From assembly GCF_963921235.1 (NCBI RefSeq), contig NC_086097.1:179492001-179556000 (forward strand): a DNA stretch of 64,000 nucleotides, written 5' to 3'. The notes under the pieces were generated by a model, which was not told the origin of the DNA, searched no databases, and worked only from the letters and a program-made list of their open reading frames with translations. Origin of the DNA: Mobula hypostoma. Lineage: Eukaryota. Within the stretch, counting starts at the first letter, position 1. Each line of letters begins with the position of its first letter. Position numbers and translations under genes: made by a program. This document shows positions 38,150 through 51,512 of the stretch, in pieces.

Positions 38150-41100
38150 AAGGACCAATAAAAAGAAGCAGAACAGCCATTGTGTGAGTGAGGCAGTAAG
38201 AGTGGGGAGTTCAGGCTTTGGCTCAAGAGGTTTCAGTGAGGGTCGATTTTGGGTAACCTTCTTTCTTATTGCAGAGTTAGGAATGTCAGAAAGGATAGTG
38301 GAATGCTGTTCTTCTGGGATGTGGGAAAGGAGGGAAGACGTCCAATTTCCCTGACGATGACACCTGCAAGAAATGCAGCCAGTTGCAGCTTCTAACAGAC
38401 TGTGTTAATGAGTTGAAGCTTGTGCTGGGTGAACTCCAGATCATTTGGGAGCCTCAGGGGTTGATTGGCAGGCGATAGTGCGAGGTAGTATCACTTAAGG
38501 TGAAGGACACTGGTAACTGGGTGAACATTTGGAAGGGAAAAGGGGATAGCCAGCCAATGCAGTGTACCACTGTGGCCACTCTCTTCAATAACAGGCATAG
38601 CTCTATGGATACTGCGGGGTGAAGCCCTAGCAGAAGAAAGCCACATCGGTCAGGTCTCTGGTACTGAGTCTGGCTCTGGGCTTACAGGGGAAGTGGTGGG
38701 GCTGGGGGGAAAGAGACAAGATATAGTGATAGGGGATTCAATGCTTAGGTTAAGCAAATAGCACAGGAGGGAGGGCTTCGGAATTTTGAATCATTTGACT
38801 CTCTTCCAAGGACGGTTTGCAACTGAACTGGAATAGGACTAATATCCTTGCAGGAAGGCTTGCTAGTGTTGCATTGAGGGATTTAAGCTAGAGTTGCTGG
38901 GGGATGAGAGCCAGAACGCCCGTGTAGGGAGGAAAGTGGTTGTGGGAATAGATATTGTTATACCTACATACAGAGGTAGGAATTGAAAGGCATAGTGGAA
39001 ATAATGTTTTGAGTTGCATCTATTTCAATGCAAAGAGTATTGCAGGAAAGATGGATGAGCTTAGAGCACACACCAGCACATGGAGTTATGACATTGTAGC
39101 CATTAGTGAGACATGGTTGCAGGAGAAGCAAGACTGGCAGCTCAGTATTCAGGAGTTCAGTTGTTTTAGACAACGATAAAGAAGGGGGGAAATTAAAGGG
39201 TGAGAGGTGGCATCACTAGTCCTGGAAAATGTCAATGGAGTGCTTAGACAGGGTAGACTGGAGGATTCATCTACAGTGGCTACATGGGTGAAACTGAGGA
39301 TTACGAAAGGGATGACCACATAATGGGATTATACTATAGACCACCCAATAGTCAGCAGGATTTAGAGGAATAAATTTGTAGAGATCACGCACAGTTGCAA
39401 GAAATATAAGATTGTGATGGTAGTCTTCTGATGACAGGTTGACCAAGCTAGGGCTTTTCTCTTTGTGGATCAAGGAAGATAAAAGATGACTTGACAGGAA
39501 TGTATAAGATGGTAAGATGTATAAATAGAGTGCACAGCCAGAGCCCTTTTGCCAGGGTGGAAGTGGCTAATATGAGAGGACATATCTACAATAAATATCG
39601 GCAGCATGGAGTAAATGAGGTGCTCGAGGAATATAAAGAATGTAAAAAGAATCTTAAGAAAGAAATTAGAAAAGCTTTGGCAAGTAAGGTGAAAATAAAT
39701 CCCACGGGTTTCTACAGATATATTAATAGCAAAAGGATAGTGAGGGATAAAATTGGTCCCTTAGAGAATCAGAGTGGACAGCTATGTGTGGAGCCAAAAG
39801 AGACAGGGGAGATTCTGAACAATTTCTTTTCTTCGGTATTCACTAAGGAGAAGGATATTGAATTGTGTAAGGTAAGGGAAACAGGTAGGGAAGTTATGGA
39901 AACTGTGATGATTAAAGAAGAGGAAGTATTGGAGCTTTTAAGGAATATAAAAGTGGATAAGTCTCCTGGTCCTGACAGGATATTCCCTAGGGCCTTGAGG
40001 AAAGTTAGTGTGGAAATAGCAGGGGCTCTGACAGAAATATTTCAAATGTCATTAGAAACGGGGATGGTGCCGGAAGATTGGCGTATTGCTCATGTTGTTC
40101 CATTGTTTAAGAAGGGTTCTAAGAGTAAACCTAGCAATTATCGGCCTGTGAGTTTGACGTCAATGGTGGGTAAATTGATGGAAAGTATTCTTAGAGATGG
40201 TATATATAATTATCTGGATAGGCAGGGTCTGATTAGGAACAATCAACATGGATTTGTGTGTGGAAGGTCATGGTTGACAAATCTTATTGAATTTTTTGAA
40301 GCGGTTACTAGGAAAGTTTACAAGGGTAAAGCGGTGAATGTTGTCTATATGCACTTCAGTAAGGCCTTTGACAAGGTTCCACACTGAAGGTTAGTTAGGA
40401 AGGTTCAATCGTTAGGTATTAATAGCGAAGTAGTAAAATGGATTCAGCAGTGGCTGGATGGGAGATGTCAGAGAGTAGTGGTGGATAACTGTTTGTCAGA
40501 TTGGAGGCCGGTGACCAGTGGTGTGCCTCAGGGATCTGTACTGGGTCCAATGTTATTTGTCATATACATTAATGATCTGGATGATAGAGTGGTAAACTGG
40601 ATGAGCAAGTATGCAGATGATACTAAGATAGGTGGAGTTGTGGAAAATGAAGTAGGTTTTCAAAGCTTGCAGAGAGATTTAGGCCAGTTAGAAGAGTGGG
40701 CTGAAAGATGGCAGATGGAGTTTAATGCTGATAAATGTGAGGTGCTACATTTTGGTAGGACTAATCAAAATAGGGCATACATGGTAAATGGTAGGGCATT
40801 GAAGAATGCAGTAGAACGGAGGGATCTAGGAATAATGGTGCATAGTTCCCTGAAGGTGGAATCTCATCTGGATAGGATGGTGAAGAAAGCTTTTGGTATG
40901 CTGGCCTTTATAAATCAGAGCATTGAGTATAGGAGTTGGGATGTAATGTTGAAATTGTACAAGGCATTGGTGAGGCCAAATTTGGAGTATTGTGTACAGT
41001 TCTGGTCACCGAATTATAGGAAAGATGTCAACAAGATAGAGAGAGTACAGAGAAGATTTACTAGAATGTTATCTGAGTTTCATCACCTAAGTTACAGAAA

Positions 41101-41780
41101 AAGGTTGAACAAGTTGGGTCTTTAGTCTTTGGAGCGTAGAAGGTTGAGGGGGAACTTGATAGAGGTATTTAAAATTATGAGGGGGATAGATAGAGTTGAC
41201 GTGGATAGGTTTTTTCCATTGAGAGTGGGGGAGATTCAAACAAGAGGACATGAGTTGAGAGTTAAAGGGCAAAAGTTTAGGGGTAACATGAGGGGGAACT
41301 TCTTTACTCAGAGAGTGGTGGCTGAGTGGGGAACGAGCTTCCAGCAGAAGTGGTTGAGGAAGGTTCGATGTTGTCATTTAAAGTTAAATTGGATAGATAT
41401 ACGGACAGGAAAGGAATGGAGGGTTATGGGCTGAGTGCAGGTCGGCGGGACTAGGTGAGAGCAAGAGTTCAGCACGGACTAGAAGGGCCGAGGTGGCCTG
41501 TTTCCGTGCTGTAATTATTATATGGTTATAATTTTAAGGTGATTGGGAGCTAAGTACAGGGGAGATGTCAAGATAGGTTACTTTCCAGAGAGTGGTAAAT
41601 GTGTGGAACGCACTGCCGGGGTGGTGGTAGAGATGGATACATTAGGAACATTTATGAGACTCTTAGATAGGCACATGGATGAAAGAAAATGGAGGGGCAT
41701 GCAGGAAGGAAACATTAGATTGATCTTGGAGTAGGTTAAAAGACCAACAGGCCTGTAACCATGCTGTACTGTTCTATATA
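38150..41780 (+). mobile_element. Old, internally deleted CR1 (38150-39585, 41531-41780) split by a younger CR1
   Basis: ORF1 Cys-finger remnant (VECCSSGMWE...CKKC), endonuclease start CIYFNAKSI...ISETWL, and a 3' end that continues after 41530. Confidence 0.75.
39586..41530 (+). mobile_element. CR1 LINE, 5'-truncated
   Basis: RT motifs in ORFs 39491-40387 and 40478-41125; TTATATGGTTAT tail. Confidence 0.93.
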
Positions 41781-42219
41781 TTTGCTGCAAAAAAAATCTG
41801 TCACACAGGATTCTGAATTTGAAACTTATCACTGTTTGCTTCTGCGTCAAAATCTTGCACCGCCCCACCTAGTGACAACTTGGGAGCATAGTTACTTCAT
41901 GAACACGTCTTGTCAGGGAATGAGAGATGGGCAGTTACTGTCATGCTTGGCAGCTGTACCCACATTCAGGGAATGACTAAAATGCCATCTTCTTGCAGCT
42001 ACATTGGGTAGGAGGTACAGAAACTTGAAGTCCCAAACCACTAAGTTCAGGAACAACTACTTCCCTTCAATCATTTGCTTCTTGAATCAACTGGCAAATT
42101 CTTAATTACTAACTCAGTATAGCAACAGTATGACCACTTTGATCATTTTGCATGCAAATTGACTTTGTTTCTTTCCTCCCTGTTGAAACCCTTTCTTGTA
42201 AAGATTATGTACAACTTAT

Positions 42220-43600
42220 AGTCATCGAAAAATACAACACAGAAATAGGCCCTTCAGCCCATCTAGTATGTGTGGAACCATATAAACTGCCTACTCCCAT
42301 TGACCTGCACCAGGACCATCGCCATCCACGTACCCATCCAAACTACCCTTAAATGTTGAAATGACACTAGCATGCACCACTTGGACTGACAGCTTGTTCT
42401 ACATTCTCACAACCCTCTGAGTGAAGAAGCTTCCCCTCATGTTCCCCTTAAACTTCTCACCTTTCACTCCTAACCCATAACCTCTAGTTGCATTCCCACA
42501 CAACCTCAGAGGTAAGAGCCTGTTTGCATTGACCCTATCAATACCCCTCTTAAGTTTGTATATTTTGTAATAACTTCATATTTTTTCTTGTATGATGTTT
42601 TAAGAACATTATACATTGGGGCAAATTAGGCCTTTTGGCCCATCAACTCTGACTTATCAAGAATATATCAACCTCTGCCTTAAGTACACCCAGCAACCTG
42701 GCCTCCACAGCCGCCTATGGCAACGAATTCCACAGATTCCCCACCCTCTGGTTAAATAAATACCTCATCTCCATGCTAAATGTAAGAACCTCTATTCTAA
42801 AGTTGCACCCTCTGGTCCTAGATTCCCTCACTATAGGAAACATCCTCTCCACATCCACTCTATCTAGGCCTTTCAACATTTGATAGGTTGCCCCAAGATC
42901 CACCCGTCATTCTTCTAAATTCCAGCAAGTACAGGCCAAAGCCATCAAATGCTGCTATGATAAGCCCTTAATTCCTGGAATCATTCCCATGAACCTCCTT
43001 CGAACCCTCTCCAACGTCAGCACATCCTTTCTCAGATAAGGGGCCCAAAATTGATCACAAAATTTCAAGTGAGGTGCAAAGGGACTTGAGGATCTCTTGT
43101 CTCCTTTACCACCAACTCAACTTGCAAGTTAACCTTCAGGGAATCCTGCATGAAGATTCTCAGGTCCCTTTTCACCTCAGATTTTAAAAAATAGTCTACA
43201 CTTTTGTTCCTTCCAACAAGTACCTGACCACGCACTGCCAGACACTGCATTCCTTCATTGCCCGTTCTCCTAATCTAAGTCCTTCTGCAGCCTCACCGCT
43301 TCCTCAACACTATCCACCGCTTCCTCAACACTATCCGCCGCTCCACCAATCTTCATATCATCTGCAAACTTAGCCACAAAGCCAGAAATTCCATCATCCA
43401 AATCACTGGCATACAAAGTAAAAAGAAGCGGTCCCAACACTGACCCCTGTGGAACACCACTAGTCACTGGCAGCCAGTCATAAAAGGCTCCTTCTATTCT
43501 CACTCTTTGACTCCTGCCAATCAGCCAATACTCTATCCATGCTAGTATCTTTCCTGTAATACTAAGGGTACTTATCTTGCTAAGCAGCCTCATGTGAGGT
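42220..43600 (-). mobile_element. Two decayed CR1 3' fragments
   Basis: [13 protein letters not shown] and KFADD in 43270-43689; 3' ends near 42220 and 42600. Confidence 0.8.
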
Positions 43601-44699
43601 ATTTTGAAGAAATGTCTTGTACTGCTGCTCTTGATGGCAAAAAAAAACTTAAAAAATGAACAATTCATATAACATAGGACAAGAAACACATTTACTATTT
43701 TGATTCAGCTCAATATTTAGCTTTCAGAGGGAAACAAATAGCCAAAATGAAATATTTTCCACATACCTTAAGATGTCAAATTAAATAACTGCACTAATAT
43801 AAATGAGTTGATACATTCGCCATCCTGTAATGCTGGAAAATAAGGAAAAGTGAAAGGAAACAGTAATCAAAGAAACAAAAGGCAGAATGCTCAGTAGGTA
43901 TCTAAGCTGTCAGCATCAACGAGTTCCTACATGGTACTAGACGGCTGCAGTGATGAGTTGTCCCAAAGAAATAGGTGGTCTGCAAAAGCATTTTGTATTT
44001 GGTTTTGCCATTCAAAAATAGTAAACCTGACATTAATAGATTAAGAGGACTGCGTGTCCTCATAATCTAATCTAAAAAAAAGCCAAAGCTTATCTCAGGC
44101 TAGTAATGATACTGTTTTGGAAGATTTTACTGCAGACAAGGTTTTAAATACTATTGACGGTGTCAGAAAGAACACTGCTGCTGGTCCGGATGGTGCATCT
44201 CTAAACAGGATTTGCAAAACAGGCATTAACACGTTAATTAGAATGTATTCTTCTTGGGTTTGATGTGGGAAAATTCTAGCCAGTGTCAAGAAAAGTTACT
44301 TGCAGCCACACAACAGCCGGTAAATTGATCATACCAGTCACCCATATACTTGGCTGGAAAAGAGAGGAAATATCTAAGCTGGGAAATAGTAACCTGGGAA
44401 GTATCTGCACAGAGAAAGTGGAATAGAGGTTGGGGTATGGATGAGAGGATAGCAATGTATGGCATCTACAAGTTGTGCTGGAGTTACTCATCTAGACTAC
44501 TTACACACTTGTACTGGCAGCAAGGCAAGGGCAGCAGATTCTTTGGAGTAACACCATCTCACTCTTACAAGGAAATATAGAGCACCGTGGCAGCACAATG
44601 GTTAGCACACTATAACTCAATGTGGAGTTCAGAGTTCAATTCTGGCACCGTCTGTAAGGAATGTGTACATTCTCTTTGTGACCACATGAGTTTCCTCCG

Positions 44700-47600
44700 T
44701 GTGGTAACTTCTACTTTGAAAAAGGCACACTTGACAGCTTCGTGCCAAAGAAACAACTTTATCTCGAACACCAAAACCGTTATGTATACACAGAGGCTTT
44801 TACAACCCATACGGCAAGGCAGGAACACTATATACAAAGCACACCGGAAGTAAAAAGAATGGAAGTAAAACCCCCCATTATCATAATTAGTATTAACTTA
44901 CTTTTAATAATGCTCACATTACAACACTTCTCCCCCTTTAAAATCCAACATTCCCCAAATGTAAAAAAAACTAGGAAATAAAAACACTGGTGTTATTAAC
45001 TTGCATAACCCTGAAAACTTATACTAGTATCTCAGCAAGTTTATCTATACAAAACATCTGGAAAACATGACAGATTCAACATTCAATCTAACAACAACAA
45101 AAAAACGGTTCCGTCAAAGATTCAGTCTGTCAGGAGATTTACAAGTGCGCTGTGATCTCCGGACTACTCCCGATGACCCAGCAGGCACCGCTGGTGAGGG
45201 TGTTTTGGGTGGATCTGGTTTTGGGGGCATGAGAAGGGTCTGTGTGTCTGCGTGAGAATGTCCATCCTCTTCAGGGGACCCCGACCCCTCTGCCAGTGTC
45301 TCTCCCTCTGGCAAAGTCACTGGTGGACATGCTTCCGCAGTTGTCTGTCTCACTTTTGCCTTCGTGTCTGGGCGCAGCAGGTCCAATCTTTTTTTTAATA
45401 TAATTTTTATTGAGTTTTCAAAGTAATTACAAGAGAAAAAATATCTACTCTCCCCCCTCCCCTTAACCCTCCCCCCAATATATACTACTACCTAAAGAGA
45501 AAAGAAAAAAGAAGAACCGCCTGAATATTGGAAGGTTTCCACATGCTCCATGGGATTAAAAATAAATTTTATATATATTTGTTACTTTCCCCAAGGAACC
45601 AAGATCTTTATCATATCTAAAACATTACTTAGCTTCTCAACTCTCATAGTTCCCTGGGGAATCTCTTTGAACTTCACCATGTTGCTATGTGTTTCCCTCC
45701 CAATCATCCAGGCAAAAAGAAAAAAAAGATGAGATACAAAAAAAGAAAAAACAAAATACCCCCCCACTAATGTTGTGAATGAAAAGATACACAACACTAC
45801 CCCCCTCCATTCTGCAGGTCGTGGCTATTGCCACGTTGCACACATGAGTAACGTAGCGATTGATCAGTGTTTCTTCCAGCTCCCCCGTAACAAAAAAAAT
45901 TGTATATATATAAAAAAAATTAATGTCATTATTTCCAACTAGCATTCCTCAAATTTTAACCTTTCTTCCCCTCCCTCATATAATTAATAATATATTTATA
46001 TATTCATCCGCCTAAAAATCCAACAGGCCTATTCCTTGATCCAGTCTTCATCTTCAATCCATCTCGCTCCCCTGGATTTGTTCTTGTATCTGGTGAATAT
46101 TCAAAGAATCTCGCACAAACTCCTCTGCTTTCCGGTAATCCTCAAAAAATCTTTTTTCTCCACCAGTCAAAAAAATCTTCAAGGTTGCAGGATAACGCAA
46201 TATAAATTAATAACCGTGATCCCATAGGGCTTTTTTCACTGGATTAAATTTCTTCCTTCTCTTCAAAAGTTCATAACTTATGTCAGGGTAGAAAAAAATG
46301 TTCTTCCCTTCTATCATCAGTGGCCCTTTTCTCTTCTTGGCAGCTTGGACAGCCACCTGTAGAATCATTTCTTTATCTTGAAATCTTAAGAATTTTATTA
46401 AAATTGATCGTGGATATTGGTCATCTTGTGGTTTTGGTCTTAGAGCTCTATGTACCCGCTCAATTTCAATTGATCGATCTTCCTCTTTCATTTGCAAGGT
46501 TTTCAGGATCCATCTTTGAAAAAATTCTATAGGATTATCTCTCTCTATACCTTCTTTAAGACCAACAATTTTAATATTATTACGTCTGCTAAAATTTTCC
46601 AACACGTCCACTTTCTCCAAGAGTCGATTTCTTTCCGTTCCAGACAAGCACATAATTTTCTGTTTTTTCCACTCTATCATTAATATGCTCCATTGTTCTT
46701 TCCATCTTCTGAAGTTTCTTATCCATTTTATCCTGTCTTTTCATAGCTTTATCATAGCACATCTTTACGTCTCTAAGCTCTGTTCTTAATTTTCTTAGTT
46801 CAGCCGTTAATTGCAATAAAGCCTCTCTTATGTTTCCGTCGTCTCCTTTACTTCCAGTCTCTTCCAGTTCTTCCTCCTCTTCTTCATCTGTATTCTCTGC
46901 TGAATCCGATTCTGACTCTGAGTCACTTTCAGTTGCAGTGGCCGTCGGTTCTTGTAGTTTAAGTTGTGTCGATTTGCGCATGTGTACTTCTTTGTGCATG
47001 CGCATTTCCGGCATCTTCTTCCGAGAGACCGCTACCGCCACCATTGCTCCCTGTTCTTCTACGCCAGAGATGAAATGCGTCTCCTCCAAAGGAGATCCAA
47101 CCTGAATCCGAGGCTCCATCGCTGCAGTAGGCCCTTTTTTCTTCCCATCTCGCGGCAACTTCACAACAACAGACTTCTTCTGTTGCGGTTTACGAGGCAT
47201 ATCATAGAGTAGTCTTACGAAGTTTATAAGTAGTTTTCGGAAAGTATTTATTAACTTTACTTTGTTTAAATGGTACTTTGCTGATTTTTTACGGGAGAGC
47301 TGGATTTACACGTCTCAATCCCACGTCATCATGTGACCCCCCCCAGCAGGTCCAATCTTGACTTGGGCCTACGCCCCATCAGTATCTCTACTGGAGTGTG
47401 GGCAGTTGTAGTCTGTGGTGTGAGGCGGTATTTAAACAGGAAACATGAAAGCCGAATGCCAAGAGTCCCCTGTCATCTGCTTCAGGCTTTCCTTCACTGT
47501 CTGAACAGCCCGCTCAGCCAAACCATTGGAGGCTGGGTGGAAAGGAGCCGTCCGAATGTGATGAATGCCATTCTGTTGCATGAACTCACTGAACAGCTCA

Positions 47601-50600
47601 CTGGTGAACGTCGGGCCATTATCAATGACCCGAGTGTCAGGCAACCCATGGACTGCAAACACTTGCCTGAGTTTGTGTACGGTTGAGGGGGCTGTGATAT
47701 CGCTCATGATATGAGCTTCGATCCATTTAGAATGCGCATCTACCATTACAAGAAACACCTGCCCCGTAAAAGGGCCAGCAAAGTCCAAATGTAGCCTAGA
47801 CCAGGGGTGGTCTGGCCACTCCCATGGGTGCAAAGGAGCTGGTGGTGGCATATTCTGATTAGTCAGACATTGCGTGCATGATTTTACCTTGTTCTCCAGA
47901 TCCTGATCCATTCCTGGCCACCAAACTAGGACCTTGCAAGGCTTTTCATTCGAGACACCCCTGGATGAGTCTCATGAATTTCCTCCACAATCTGTGAACG
48001 GCCAGGGGGAGGCACGATGACCCTCGCCCCCCAGAAAATGCAGCCATCCTGCAGACTGAGTTCTGTCTTGCGTTTGGCATAAGGCCTCAGTTCCTCTCCT
48101 TCCACAACCTTGTAAAAGAAAAGTCTCAACTTGGGACAGGACTGGGTCCCTCTCTGTCCACTGCTTGATTTGGGTCGCCTTTACAGGTGTCTCCGACAGC
48201 CTCTCCAATGAAAACACAGTCTCTGGAGGCACATATGTAGCAACAGGTGTCTCAGATAAAGGTAATCGACTCAGTGCATCGGCGTTTGTATCATCCCCAC
48301 CCACTCTGTACACTATAATGTACTGGTAGGCTGACAGTGTAAGAGCCCAACGCTGTATCCTGGCTGAGGCTAGTGGTGGGATGCATCTAGTCTCACTGAA
48401 AAGGTTCATCAGTGGTTTATGGTCCGTATAAATTGTAAATACGCGTCCATAAAGGTACTGATGAAAGCGTTTGACCGCAAAAACAATGGCCAGACCTTCT
48501 TTGTCTAGCTGTGAATATCCCTTCTCAGCAGCTGTCAGGTTACGTGAAGCAAAACCAATAGGTTTCTCTGAACAGTCCTCCATTACATATGAGAGAACTG
48601 CCCCGGATCCATAGGGCGAGGCATCGCATGCAAGGGTGATCTCCTTGTCTGGGTCATAGTGAACAAGCAGCTTCGCTGAGTGGAGGAGTTCTTTCACTTC
48701 CTTGAAAGCTTTCTCCTGCTCTTCACCCCACTGCCACTTAGAGTCATTGTGAAACAGCTTATACAGTGGGGTCAAAACCCTTAAGAGGTCAGGAAGAAAC
48801 TTGCAATAATAATTCACCATGCCTAAAAATGATCTGAGTTCTGTGACAGTCTTAGGGCTTGGGGCCTCCTTGATAGCTCTCACTTTGTCCTCCACAGGGC
48901 AAAGCCCCTCAGCTGTGATCTTGTGTCCCAGGTAAGTCACACCCGATGCCAGGAACACTCATTTTCCGCGTTTCAACCACAGCCCTGCGTCTGAGAGCCT
49001 CTTCAGCACCCGTTCTAAATTAGCCAGATACTCCACCTCCGTAGCCCCATGATCAAAATATCATCAAGGTACACTGCTATGTGCGGAATCCCATGCAGTA
49101 AAGTGTCCATTGTCCTTTGGAAAATGGCAGGGCTGGACGCCACTCCAAACGCCAGGCGATTGTACTTGAATAATCCCTTGTGACGTACTCCTTTGAATCC
49201 TCGTCGAGCAGCAGCTGTTGGTAGGCACGGCTCATGTCCAGCTTTGTGAACAGCTTACCCCCTGACAGGGTCGCAAACAGGTCATCCACCCGTGGCAATG
49301 GGTACTCCTCCAGCCTAGAGACCTGATTCACCGTAAGCTTATAATCCCCACATATCCTCACCGTTTTGTCTGCCTTCAAAACTGGAACAATGGGAGCTGC
49401 CCACCTTGAAAGCTGAATGGGATCAATAATGCCCAGCCTCTGTAAACGTTCCACCTCCTCGACTTTGCCTTTCATGGCATAGGGCACCGACCTGGGCTTA
49501 AAAAAACGTGGTGTAGCCTCAGGGTCAACATGGAGTTTCACTGTCACGCCCTTCAGTGTTCCCAGCTCGTCCCTGAAAACGTCACTGTACCGCTGCAGAA
49601 CGTCCTCCGTCGTGCGTACATACTTAATTTCATGCCGGTTTAGCCGGATTTTGCAAAGCCAATCGCGACCCAAAAGACTGGGCCCCCTGCCCTTAGCTAT
49701 CACTAGCCTGGCTTCAGCCTTCTGACCCCCAGCTGAAATGTCCACATATAACGCCCCTAAATGAGGTATGGGCTGCCCCTTATATGTCCTAAGTTTGAGC
49801 TTTGACGGTCTAATGGGAGGCAGGTTGGACCCCCATATCCTCCTGTAGGTCTCCTCACTAATGACCAATGCAGTAGCCCCTGAATCAATCTCAAACTTAA
49901 TGTCCTTTCCCCTGACAGTGACTGTGGCATAATATGGTTCAGGTGGTTCCTCATCTGTTTCCACTGCAAACATGTTGTAGGCACACGCTGCCTCTTCATC
50001 TGCACCTTCTAGATGGAGTGTGGCTGTCCAACCTTGTTCAGCTTTCCCCTGCCCAGGCTTAATCTTACCCTTTGAACTTCTGCACTTTTTAACTAAATGT
50101 CCCTTTTTGCTACAAGCATGGCAGACAGTGTCTTTGAATTTGCAATCATTTGCATAGTGTGTCCCTCCACACCGGAAACATTCCACCCGCTTTGCCTGTT
50201 TACCAGTCTCCCTCCTGACTTGGCGCACTGCCGCCGACTGCAACCCCCCATGTCCTTTCTGGATATCCTTGACATTATTAGCAGCCATCTCCATGCCTGG
50301 GGCAATCTCTAAGGCTTTCTTGAAAGTCAACGGTGGGGTTTCCCCTAACAGGCGGTGTTGTATGCCGTCATTATTAATGCCACATACCAATCTATCACGG
50401 AGCACGTCTTCCAACACTGCTCCAAAATCACAATGCTCCAACAGCTGCTGAAGCTCGGCCACAAAATTGGCCACAGACTGACCTGGCTTCCTGAAACGGC
50501 TGTGAAACTTACACCTTTGGACTACCACGGAAGGTTTCGGATTGTAGTGGTTCCCCACGAGCTTGACCAGTTCGTCATATGGAATGTCCCCCGGTTTCCG

Positions 50601-51101
50601 CGGTGTGGCTAAATTCCTTATTAGCTTGTAAGCCTTCGCCCCACACACACTCAGGTGAATAGAGCACTTCTTAGCCTCCTCAGTAATTCCATTAGCACAG
50701 AAAAAGTGTCCCAACCTTTCCTCATACTCCTGCCAGTCCTCCATTACCTCCACAAAATCAATGATAGTCCCAAACGTAGCCATCTGAATGCGAGGCCCCT
50801 TATCGGCACTGGTGCTCCCACTCGAAACGTGCCGACACGTCCACAAAACATGTTAACCTCGTCGCCAAAAATATGTAGTAACTTCTACTTTGAAAAAGGC
50901 ACACTCGACAACTTCATGCCCAAAGAAACCACTTTATCTCGAACATCAAAACCATTATGTATATACAGAGGCTTTTACAACCCGTACGGCATGGCAGGAA
51001 CACTATATACAAAGCACACCGGAAGTAAAAAGAACAGAAGTAAATCCCCCCATTATCCTAATTAGTATTAACTTACTTTTAATAATGCTCACATTACAAC
51101 A
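44700..51101 (-). mobile_element. Full-length but frameshifted Ty3/Gypsy LTR retrotransposon
   Basis: TG...CA LTRs 44700-44926 and 50874-51101; 5-bp TSD CTCCG; PBS TGGCGACGAGG (50857-50867, complementary to tRNA-Ser(GCU) 3' end); PPT at 44927-44941; gag with CCHC knuckles, protease FEIDSGA, RT, RNase H (CDASPYG), integrase (HLDFAGP, DNG, SNGLAER). Confidence 0.97.
45391..47343 (-). mobile_element. ORF1-only L1 element (HAL1-like), inserted in the Gypsy integrase region
   Basis: 16-bp TSD CAGCAGGTCCAATCTT (45375-45390, 47344-47359); G-rich 5' start; frameshifted ORF1p from 47200 to ~46055 (coiled coil, LENFSRRNNIKIVG, IERVHR, PRSILIKF, FYPDIS, YPATL); AATAAA (45406-45411) and short poly(A); no endonuclease or RT motifs. 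Confidence 0.88.
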
Positions 51102-51512
51102 CTCCGGGTGCTCCAGTTTCATCCCAAAATCCAAAGACGTACCAGTTAGTAGATTAATTGTTCATTGTAAATTGTCTTAAGGTTATGCTTGATTTAAATA
51201 GGTGGATTGCTGGCAGCACGACCCATTGGACCAGAGTGGCCTGTTCTGCTCTGTTTCTCTAAATAAATAAATATTGTCACCTCTTCATTATTAAGAGTTT
51301 AAATCCTGGAACACACTCCTTGGCAACATTGTGGCAGCTTAAAAACATAACTACTTGCTGTACCTATATAAATGAGATGGGACCACAGATCCCTTTATAA
51401 TACAATACTTTACATTCATCCATTTAAGTAACAGTTCTTTTTTCAAAGCAACACACACACAATGCTGGAGGAGCTCAGCAGGTCAGGCAGCATCTATGGA
51501 AAAGAGTAAACC

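Larger units (their letters stand above)
44582..51272 (+). mobile_element. V-SINE (44582-44699 + 51102-51272) split by the Gypsy insertion
   Basis: A box TGGCAGCACAATGG, B box GAGTTCAATTC; the V-domain TTTCCTCCG|GGTGCTCCAGTTTC is reconstituted across the insertion; (TAAA)n tail. Confidence 0.85.

Noticed and set aside
47432..50846. Domesticated gag/pol gene or active retrovirus
   Set aside because: Multiple frameshifts, LTRs retained, integrase region disrupted by the L1 insert, and no env.
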